From a virus: DNA of 64,000 bases. The position numbers and the translations under genes were made by a program. The stretch is from the IMG/VR virus record IMGVR_UViG_3300013115_000353, positions 21,456 through 85,455 of that record. The stretch is one strand, 5' to 3'. The notes below the pieces were generated by a model that saw only the letters and a list, made by a program, of their open reading frames with translations, ran no database searches and was not told the DNA's origin. Below are positions 8,160-13,915 of the stretch, in pieces; the first letter of the stretch is position 1, and each line of letters starts with the position of its first letter.

Positions 8160-8304
8160 CTAACTGCCCCTTGTGCTTCACCTGACGGACGTAGCCGCGC
8201 TTGCTGTGGTATCCGGCGCCACGCCTACCCGTTAGCCCCTTGGAGTGAACCACGAGCCAGTTACGAGCCTTGGGGGGCTTGTTCTTGTTGCGCTTTCGAG
8301 CCAT
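8146..8304 (-). CDS. Small basic protein (52 aa) with an ArfA-like C-terminal motif (not in track)
   Basis: AAGGAG RBS directly after promoter repeat; MARKRNKNKPPKARNWLVVHSKGLTGRRGAGYHSKRGYVRQVKHKGQLDENR*. Confidence 0.65.
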   Translation of the reverse strand: MARKRNKNKPPKARNWLVVHSKGLTGRRGAGYHSKRGYVRQVKHKGQLDENR

Positions 8305-8309
8305 AATAT

Positions 8310-8377
8310 CTCCTTACTCTCTAAATATACACCCCAGAGAGCTAAAAGTCAAGGGGTAGATGTCAGGTAAATGTAAA
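8310..8377 (-). promoter_or_regulatory. Early promoter repeat copy 8
   Basis: TTTACATTTACCTGACA, then TTGACT (8352-8347), 17 bp, TATATT (8329-8324), then AGAGAGTAAGGAG. Confidence 0.82.
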
Positions 8378-8378
8378 A

Positions 8379-8454
8379 TGGAGCCCAAGATCAGAATCGA
8401 ACTGATGACCTTTTCCCTACCAAGGAAATGCTCTGCCAACTGAGCTACCTGGGC
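8379..8454 (-). tRNA. tRNA-Thr(GGT)
   Basis: Full cloverleaf GCCCAGG...TTTCC TT GGT AG GGAAA...TTCGATT...CTTGGGC T CCA, 76 nt. Confidence 0.93.
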
Positions 8455-8455
8455 G

Positions 8456-8572
8456 CTAATCTTTAAGTTTGTTTTTTAAGTTTTCAATCAGTTTTTGAAA
8501 ATGTTTAATAGCATTTTCATATGCTTCAATACTTTCTTCGACTTGTTTTGTTTCTTCTTTTGTTAATGACAT
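8456..8572 (-). CDS. Small coiled-coil peptide (38 aa, not in track)
   Basis: AAGGAGG RBS; MSLTKEETKQVEESIEAYENAIKHFQKLIENLKNKLKD*. Confidence 0.5.
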   Translation of the reverse strand: MSLTKEETKQVEESIEAYENAIKHFQKLIENLKNKLKD

Positions 8573-8601
8573 CTTTCCTCCTTTAAGTTATAAATGTAAA
8601 T

Positions 8602-8738
8602 AAGAGGATCCCCGTTGTGCGATCTTGCTCACACTGCTAACCTCCCTTTAACTGTTTGTTGCTGTCTCACTTCAGACATGCTTGTGGTTCGTAGGAGATA
8701 TTGAACCACTCCACTTATAAGTTATCGGGGATCCTCTT
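8602..8738 (-). ncRNA. Candidate structured ncRNA (multibranch, possible pseudoknot)
   Basis: Intergenic; perfect 13-bp closing stem AAGAGGATCCCCG/CGGGGATCCTCTT enclosing three hairpins. Confidence 0.6.
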
Positions 8739-8746
8739 TAAAATAG

Positions 8747-8968
8747 TCACTTTGTTACGGCTCCATTTATCACCTCAATCTCATAGTTGTTTTCGTTAAT
8801 AACACCCTGCACCGTGCCGGTCCTGGTGCATCGTCCAGGTATCAATATATCCCATAGTCCATCATCGGGGGGCGGATACTTACGCATTACCAGACAAGGC
8901 CCCACCCATAAATCATACGGCGGTGGCTGAAAGTTGGCCTTGTACCTAATCAAATCACCTACCTTCAC
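8747..8968 (-). CDS. Small KOW/SH3-like protein (array member)
   Basis: MKVGDLIRY...IEVIN. Confidence 0.75.
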   Translation of the reverse strand: MKVGDLIRYKANFQPPPYDLWVGPCLVMRKYPPPDDGLWDILIPGRCTRTGTVQGVINENNYEIEVINGAVTK

Positions 8969-9161
8969 TGATTACCTCCACCTCTGCTCTTTTAAACCAC
9001 ATCTCTCTCACCCATTTACTCTCAATGGTAATATGGGGTCTGTGGAAATGTACCAATATATAATCGCCCTGAACACTTGTTGCTCTTTCCCATTTAACTA
9101 TTACACCCACCATATGATGCCCAGTTCGTCTATATGGCCGCACCAGATCACCTATTTTCAC
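8955..9161 (-). CDS. Small KOW/SH3-like protein (array member)
   Basis: Start moved to GTG 9161; MKIGDLVRP...GVIV...VEVISEGR*. Confidence 0.75.
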   Translation of the reverse strand: MKIGDLVRPYRRTGHHMVGVIVKWERATSVQGDYILVHFHRPHITIESKWVREMWFKRAEVEVISEGR

Positions 9162-9363
9162 TAAGCACCTCCAAGAACTCATCATCGGACAGGTATTCAG
9201 CGGAAAATGTCCCGTGATCGGGACACGTCCAGTGAATCGTGATGACCTCGTTGTACGCATACTGTACGCATTTTGTTATAATACCTTTCCAGTCGCCACA
9301 ATACGCAAAACCGGGATCCAGCACGTGCTCTGTTGTAAACCTAACCAAATCACCTACTTTCAT
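9148..9363 (-). CDS. Small KOW/SH3-like protein (array member)
   Basis: MKVGDLVRF...GIIT...IHW...LEVLSENR*. Confidence 0.78.
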   Translation of the reverse strand: MKVGDLVRFTTEHVLDPGFAYCGDWKGIITKCVQYAYNEVITIHWTCPDHGTFSAEYLSDDEFLEVLSENR

Positions 9364-9529
9364 TTATAACCTCGTATTCATATGATGCCTTCGGAAAATG
9401 CAGTTCGATTCGCTTGGACTCATTCAAAATAATAAACTTGTTTGGACGATCTTCAACCAGATACCCGATGTGCTCTGAGTTGGAAAGGTTGTCTTTCAGT
9501 CTGATTCTAATCTTTGGAAAGTCTTTCAT
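9350..9529 (-). CDS. Small protein (59 aa, array member, not in track)
   Basis: MKDFPKIRIRLKDN...HIGYLVED...YEYEVINESR*. Confidence 0.68.
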   Translation of the reverse strand: MKDFPKIRIRLKDNLSNSEHIGYLVEDRPNKFIILNESKRIELHFPKASYEYEVINESR

Positions 9530-9723
9530 TTTATAACCTTTAGCTGATAGCTGTTTTGTTGTTTGATTCTACCCTGAAGAAAGTTCCACGATACCCAAAC
9601 GGGATAAGTTACACTAATAGGGCAGTTCTGCACATCGACAACTATTCCTAATGATAGCGGACACTTATGAGAGTCACGCGCTGCTCCATCCATCTTAAGA
9701 GTTACTAAATCACCCACCTTCAT
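9526..9723 (-). CDS. Small KOW/SH3-like protein (array member)
   Basis: MKVGDLVTL...GIVVDV...VWVSW...LKVIK*. Confidence 0.78.
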   Translation of the reverse strand: MKVGDLVTLKMDGAARDSHKCPLSLGIVVDVQNCPISVTYPVWVSWNFLQGRIKQQNSYQLKVIK

Positions 9724-9964
9724 TTATAACCTCCACATGAACCGCATACCGTCGAATCCTCTTTCCTTCTGTGGTTAGAATAAACATAGTACGAACAGGT
9801 GCCTCTGCAATCTGCTCTGCCGTATATGCTTCTGGAGAACGATTGTGTGTTTCAAGAACAATACCATATGTGTACGGAGGCATAACGCATCGCTTCTTCG
9901 TACACCATCCTTCTCGCACCAGATCGCCCACTTGTGCGCAGTGTCCCGGTTTAACTGCCTTCAT
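9710..9964 (-). CDS. Small KOW/SH3-like protein (array member)
   Basis: QVGDLVRE...GIVLE...VEVINEGG*. Confidence 0.72.
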   Translation of the reverse strand: MKAVKPGHCAQVGDLVREGWCTKKRCVMPPYTYGIVLETHNRSPEAYTAEQIAEAPVRTMFILTTEGKRIRRYAVHVEVINEGG

Positions 9965-10142
9965 TTATAACCTTCAATAACATTCTTTTAAACCAGCCCT
10001 TGTCTGCGTTTTTGTTTGCCCATATAATAAGACACTCATTCCCTCGACATTGAACAACCAAACCGGGACAAAAAATATCACGGCTCACGTCATTCAAATG
10101 AACGATTAGATCGCCTACACTGGGGGCACCGCTACTTTTCAC
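9951..10142 (-). CDS. Small KOW/SH3-like protein (array member)
   Basis: SVGDLIV...GLVV...IIW...LKVINEGS*. Confidence 0.72.
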   Translation of the reverse strand: MKSSGAPSVGDLIVHLNDVSRDIFCPGLVVQCRGNECLIIWANKNADKGWFKRMLLKVINEGS

Positions 10143-10329
10143 TTATAACCTCCACTTCGCTTTCATACGTCACAGATGTTCCATCTCTTAATGTCCATTT
10201 TGGGTTAGCCCATAAGACCGCCCATCTCGCATCGCCATCGTCGTCATCGAAAAGAAACTTAACCACCAGCCCAATACCAAAGTCCTGTCCAGGGCCCTCA
10301 ACACGCTGTACTAAATCACCCGGTTTCAT
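10132..10329 (-). CDS. Small KOW/SH3-like protein (array member)
   Basis: Start moved to ATG 10329; MKPGDLVQR...GLVV...VLW...VEVISEK*. Confidence 0.75.
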   Translation of the reverse strand: MKPGDLVQRVEGPGQDFGIGLVVKFLFDDDDGDARWAVLWANPKWTLRDGTSVTYESEVEVISEK

Positions 10330-10438
10330 CTGGCTGACTCCACAAGTATTTAATGTATGCGCCCAGAAAAGGCAGCGAAGAACCCCATAGAACGAGAAAC
10401 GATAGCTCCTGATGGCAGTTAGCAAACAAGTGTTCCAT
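10316..10438 (-). CDS. Small putative membrane peptide (40 aa, not in track)
   Basis: MEHLFANCHQELSFLVLWGSSLPFLGAYIKYLWSQPDETG*; fills the gap with coupled start/stop overlaps. Confidence 0.5.
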   Translation of the reverse strand: MEHLFANCHQELSFLVLWGSSLPFLGAYIKYLWSQPDETG

Positions 10439-10812
10439 TAAATAGCAATGCTCCGTTCAATATAAATATTTTCAAACCCCCAGCCGCGATGTACATTATC
10501 GTCTGAGTCCTCGCCTATGCGAACAAAACGATAAAAGTTAACAGCCTCGTGTTCGTCGCCATCGACATCGATATGTTCGCCATCGCACCAGTCCATAAAG
10601 TCAACGATAGCATCGATCTCTTCGTAGCCCTCAAACCATTTGATACTGGACCAGTTAAACAGGATGTTACCATCTCCGTCATAGTCTTTGATCATCCTAT
10701 CTGTCCCTGAAAAACACATCTCACGTGCTTCCGGCGACTTTGCCATTGTGGCTAAGAACTGTGGCATCACCTCTTTGGCGACGATAAAAACGACTTCTGA
10801 ACGATAGCCCAT
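10438..10812 (-). CDS. Hypothetical phage protein
   Basis: MGYRSEV...IKWFEGY...YRFVRIGED..D pattern typical of a phage early-protein family. Confidence 0.75.
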   Translation of the reverse strand: MGYRSEVVFIVAKEVMPQFLATMAKSPEAREMCFSGTDRMIKDYDGDGNILFNWSSIKWFEGYEEIDAIVDFMDWCDGEHIDVDGDEHEAVNFYRFVRIGEDSDDNVHRGWGFENIYIERSIAI

Positions 10813-10813
10813 T

Positions 10814-10978
10814 TTAAACCCCTGCTTCTTTATTAAGTTTTGTCAACAGTTCGTTGAGCGATTCGATCTCGCTTTCGAGGTAGTCGGCATCGCCATACAT
10901 AGCGCAGGTTTCCAGATCATCGATCCGATTGTTGACACAATCGATCAGCGAAATGATTTCATCGGTTGTCAGATTCAT
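10814..10978 (-). CDS. Small acidic helical protein (54 aa, not in track)
   Basis: AAGGAG RBS after promoter repeat; MNLTTDEIISLIDCVNNRIDDLE...LLTKLNKEAGV*. Confidence 0.65.
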   Translation of the reverse strand: MNLTTDEIISLIDCVNNRIDDLETCAMYGDADYLESEIESLNELLTKLNKEAGV

Positions 10979-10982
10979 TTTT

Positions 10983-11052
10983 TCTCCTTACTCTATAAAT
11001 ATAGCACCGGACGGCACCAAAGTCAATAGGGAAGTTGTTAAGTAGATGTCAA
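10983..11052 (-). promoter_or_regulatory. Early promoter repeat copy 9
   Basis: TTGACATCTACTTAACA, then TTGACT (11026-11021), 17 bp, TATATT (11003-10998), then TATAGAGTAAGGAG. Confidence 0.82.
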
Positions 11053-11309
11053 GCCTTGCTGACTAATACAAGTTCGTGTGAAAGGTATACCTGATGGAGA
11101 GATCCGAATAAAACTGTGATACGATACATATCATGCACGTTTTCTGTTATCATAACTATTCCTACAGGTTCCGGTGGCACCCAATCGCCTTGAGCGCGGT
11201 GTATTTCGATCAGTTTCGGATCCAAACGAACCAGATCCCCTATTTGGTAAACTCGTCCGATAACATTTCCTCTAACGAGACGTAAAATGCCCTGCTCTCT
11301 GGTGGGCAT
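11049..11309 (-). CDS. KOW/SH3-like protein (start uncertain)
   Basis: YQIGDLVRL...GIVM...ELVLVS. Confidence 0.55.
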   Translation of the reverse strand: MPTREQGILRLVRGNVIGRVYQIGDLVRLDPKLIEIHRAQGDWVPPEPVGIVMITENVHDMYRITVLFGSLHQVYLSHELVLVSKA

Positions 11310-11443
11310 TCATCTAAAATATCATTAACCAAATCTATTAACTTGGCTATTTCCTCCCTCTCTTTCTTCTGTCGGTATTCGTCTAAATCAACGACGTTAT
11401 CATCACCCGACCACCCTATCTTAATATCGAAATCGTAGCACAT
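11240..11443 (-). CDS. Hypothetical protein
   Basis: Contains the NVVDLDEYR(Q/K) motif common in small phage proteins. Confidence 0.55.
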   Translation of the reverse strand: MCYDFDIKIGWSGDDNVVDLDEYRQKKEREEIAKLIDLVNDILDECPPESRAFYVSLEEMLSDEFTK

Positions 11444-11482
11444 TAACGGTGTTTCCTTGTGTGTAAAAATGTTTTGTATACT

Positions 11483-11674
11483 CTAAGATGATGTAGCTTT
11501 TTTCAAGAACATCGCGTGAAACTTTAGCTCGGCACGATTGGGAAACAAAACGATATAACTGTTCTTATGGTTCCCTTCTCGCACAATGAGCCCCGTGCGA
11601 TGATCGGGGATCTCTTCTTGGTTTGTGCCGTCTGTAATGACAACCAAATCACCTGGCTTAAAAGTTTTCATCAC
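11483..11674 (-). CDS. Small KOW/SH3-like protein
   Basis: FKPGDLVVI...GLIV...YIVLF. Confidence 0.7.
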   Translation of the reverse strand: MMKTFKPGDLVVITDGTNQEEIPDHRTGLIVREGNHKNSYIVLFPNRAELKFHAMFLKKATSS

Positions 11675-11718
11675 TTATAAGTATGCCACTCTTTCTTAAA
11701 AGATGCAAGCAATATATG

Positions 11719-12021
11719 TCAAGTCGCTGTCAAGTATGGAATACCTGGAGGCAGTTCGCCTGACACGATACCTCCGTGTTTGGCAACCACGAGGGTGATC
11801 TGTGTTGCTGGCACATATCCATAAACCGTTTCGGTAGGTTTTTCGGGGCTTTCTGCCCATTCCATTAACAGATTCTCTTTCTGGTTTGGATACCCCACTT
11901 CCACCGCTGTGTATTTAGCGGCTTTGTCAATGCGTGGCGTACAGTACGCACCCTCATTAGCTTGGACGCTCATAGTGAAGCCATCCTTGCAGGTAACTTT
12001 TTTATTAAGTCTTCGTGTCAA
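11719..12021 (-). CDS. Hypothetical phage protein
   Basis: Start moved to TTG 12021 after GGAG; C.DGF.MSVQA...YC.PR...VEVG.P...VYGYVP...KHGG. Confidence 0.72.
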   Translation of the reverse strand: MTRRLNKKVTCKDGFTMSVQANEGAYCTPRIDKAAKYTAVEVGYPNQKENLLMEWAESPEKPTETVYGYVPATQITLVVAKHGGIVSGELPPGIPYLTAT

Positions 12022-12239
12022 AGCTCTCTCCTTTTTTCTTCTGACTTCGTTGATGCTGTCAACTCGTTGAGATACACTGGGTGATCGCCAGGTACGAGTG
12101 CCACCACATTTACGCCGGGTGGCCAAAAGCGCCCAAACTTCTCTTGAGCCTCCCTTAGTGCTTTTTGGCTATCGTTATCCCCATAAAATGTTTGTTTAAT
12201 GTACGTATCTCCATTGTATAAAATAGCTGTCCAAGTCAT
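12018..12239 (-). CDS. Hypothetical protein
   Basis: ATG 12239 after AAGGAG; coupled overlaps. Confidence 0.6.
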   Translation of the reverse strand: MTWTAILYNGDTYIKQTFYGDNDSQKALREAQEKFGRFWPPGVNVVALVPGDHPVYLNELTASTKSEEKRREL

Positions 12240-12466
12240 TTTTCTCTCCTTATGCAAATAACTTCTGATTCTGTTTCAATCCACACGCGCGCCCCACACG
12301 ATAACGGTTTGTCGGGCGAATATATCACTTTACATGGCCCATTTATCACAGCTTCGTGGCAGTAATCGTTTGATTTATAGGTTTTAACCGTCAATACTGC
12401 CTCTTGTTCTTTGTTCTTCCGATTGGATCGGATTTTGTGTTGATTTACGTGTATTCTTTTTTTCAT
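12236..12466 (-). CDS. Hypothetical phage protein
   Basis: Start moved to ATG 12466 (the track ORF runs into the tRNA-like gene); IHVNQH.IR.N...VKTYKSN.Y...PLSCGARVWIET. Confidence 0.75.
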   Translation of the reverse strand: MKKRIHVNQHKIRSNRKNKEQEAVLTVKTYKSNDYCHEAVINGPCKVIYSPDKPLSCGARVWIETESEVICIRREK

Positions 12467-12478
12467 TGTTTCTAAATA

Positions 12479-12563
12479 TGGTAGGGGCGGTGGGACTTGA
12501 ACCCACATGCACCAGTTACCCAAGTTTCATGCACCGCTTATAAGACGGCTGGGATACGCCCCC
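12479..12563 (-). tRNA. Atypical tRNA-like gene, anticodon TAT (Ile, AUA), no canonical D arm
   Basis: Acceptor GGGGGCG/CGCCCCT plus ACCA; T arm GTGGG TTCAAGT CCCAC; anticodon arm GCCGT CT-TAT-AA GCGGT; only TATCCCA between acceptor and anticodon arm; 26-nt extra region. Confidence 0.7.
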
Positions 12564-12564
12564 T

Positions 12565-12639
12565 TGGTAGGTCCACCAGGAATCGAACCTGGAACGAAAG
12601 ATTAGAAGTCTTTTGTGATATCCCTTTCACCATAGACCC
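12565..12639 (-). tRNA. tRNA-Arg(TCT)
   Basis: GGGTCTA...AAAGA CT TCT AA TCTTT...CCAGG TTCGATT CCTGG TGGACCT ACCA, 75 nt. Confidence 0.92.
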
Positions 12640-12642
12640 ATG

Positions 12643-13119
12643 TTATTGTTCCAGGTTTAAGGTGCCGTGTGGCGTTTTAACGCTCACGTCCCAACCACCC
12701 AGAAGGGGGGTATTATGAATAAGATTGGCTACCGGAATCTGCACAACGGCAGTAAGGGTGGTGAAGCCCCGTTTATGATCGTACCTCTCCGTTGAACTCT
12801 CAACGATTTCAGTATCATAGAAGTTTTCGTTAATAGTCTCGATAAGGTATTCAGCGAATGTATTATCGCGTTCGTAGTCTTCAAGGTAGCCATCCTCTCG
12901 CAAAGTATCTAAGATGCTGCTTCCACTCCAGCAGTCGCGCACGTCTAAACCAGGCGTGGCAAGCAGATTGCTCAAGTAATATACCACATCGGTTTCTGCC
13001 AGTGCGGTTTCTATCTCAGTTTCGTTGTGGATAAAAACATCAGTTCCCTCACTACATGTAAGGACTGCCATCGTATCTTCCGGCAGATTAAGTTGTTTCA
13101 AAGTATCATATACAGACAA
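12643..13119 (-). CDS. Acidic hypothetical protein
   Basis: 158 aa; TTG start with GAGGAGG RBS. Confidence 0.7.
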   Translation of the reverse strand: MSVYDTLKQLNLPEDTMAVLTCSEGTDVFIHNETEIETALAETDVVYYLSNLLATPGLDVRDCWSGSSILDTLREDGYLEDYERDNTFAEYLIETINENFYDTEIVESSTERYDHKRGFTTLTAVVQIPVANLIHNTPLLGGWDVSVKTPHGTLNLEQ

Positions 13120-13159
13120 GTTGCCTCCTCAAAAATTATTATTTTGTCTAACTTTTAAA

Positions 13160-13188
13160 ATAATAACACCCTTTTATGACGAAGTCAA
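13160..13188 (-). promoter_or_regulatory. Sigma70-type promoter
   Basis: TTGACT, 17 bp, TATTAT. Confidence 0.55.
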
Positions 13189-13203
13189 GAACTTTCTTAA
13201 AAA

Positions 13204-13349
13204 AACTGGAACCTTCCCAACACTATCTACACCACCCATCACATCATCGTGTTGACTATTACTCCTTGACGGGCATACCACACTGGTAGCTTGCAGTTGC
13301 AGGCGAACGCCACTTCGCCGCTGAGACGGAAGGCAGGCTATTTCCAGTT
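13204..13349 (-). ncRNA. Candidate structured ncRNA, about 146 nt
   Basis: Ends pair (AACTGGAA/TTCCAGTT, CCTTCC/GGAAGG); internal GCCCGTCA/TGATGGGT and GGCGAA/TTCGCC stems; followed by a T run. Confidence 0.45.
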
Positions 13350-13449
13350 ACTCCGTAGCAACGACATATGCAAAAAATATACCGCACGCTACAGCAGCGG
13401 CGAATGCAAATATCATCATGATTTATCTCCTTTAATAGTAGCAAATAGG

Positions 13450-13523
13450 TGGGCCTTCTGGGACTTGAACCCAGGACCATCCGGTTATGAGCCGGGTGCT
13501 CTGACCAACTGAGCTAAAAGCCC
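13450..13523 (-). tRNA. tRNA with CAT anticodon (probably Ile2, lysidine type; Met not excluded)
   Basis: GGGCTTT TAGCTCAGTTGGTCAGAGC A CCCGG CT CAT AA CCGGA...CTGGG TTCAAGT CCCAG AAGGCCC A; genomic 3' end reads CCT, not CCA. Confidence 0.9.
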
Positions 13524-13529
13524 ATTGAT

Positions 13530-13558
13530 AGTATAACATTTAGTATCAATGAAGTCAA
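13530..13558 (-). promoter_or_regulatory. Sigma70-type promoter for the tRNA operon
   Basis: TTGACT, 17 bp, TATACT with TGn extension; tRNA 5' end is 7 nt downstream. Confidence 0.75.
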
Positions 13559-13914
13559 TAACTTTTTAGCCATTCAATAGGATACCACGCCTCGGGTGCG
13601 AATACTGCTTTCATCGTGTAATCTGAAGGCTTTTTCATCCATTTTACATATGCAAACTTCAACTTAGGTTTGCTCGCCCATCCAGCATTATAATAAAATG
13701 CCTGATCAAGAAACTCCGTATCGCCGCAGCGTTGATAGGCGTTTTTAAATATCTGTGCTCTATCTGTGTAGCTTATGATGTCTTTTGTTTCCTCTAAGAT
13801 TTTCGTTATATTGACCCCGCCTTCCCTGGCTAAATCGTCAGAATATTTAATAACGATGCCTATACCCCGCTCTCGCCGTCGTGGCATGCACACCAAATCG
13901 CCCACCTTTATCAT
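13555..13914 (-). CDS. KOW/SH3-like protein with an insertion
   Basis: IKVGDLV...GIVI...YVKW...WYPIEWL. Confidence 0.7.
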   Translation of the reverse strand: MIKVGDLVCMPRRRERGIGIVIKYSDDLAREGGVNITKILEETKDIISYTDRAQIFKNAYQRCGDTEFLDQAFYYNAGWASKPKLKFAYVKWMKKPSDYTMKAVFAPEAWYPIEWLKSY

Positions 13915-13915
13915 A

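Larger units (their letters stand above)
3933..10438 (-). repeat. Dispersed array of gene-junction repeats GAGGTKATMARTGAAAGTCGGTGAYYTGGT (about 20 recognisable copies)
   Basis: Near-identical copies at about 4788-4818, 4951-4980, 5105-5134, 7970-8000, 9344-9373 and 9704-9733, plus degenerate copies at most other gene junctions. Confidence 0.8.

Noticed and set aside
3933-10438. CRISPR array or integron interpretation of the repeats
   Set aside because: Repeats are degenerate and protein-coding, with 120-300 bp open frames between them; no palindromic attC structure, no cas gene and no integrase in the window.
3933-10438. Diversity-generating retroelement
   Set aside because: No reverse transcriptase, and the one close paralogue pair differs at all base types rather than only at adenines.
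13259-13480. 73-aa minus-strand ORF
   Set aside because: It begins inside the tRNA and crosses the structured RNA candidate. A 23-aa hydrophobic peptide (MMIFAFAAAVACGIFFAYVVATE) after an AAGGAG site is a more plausible but unsupported alternative.
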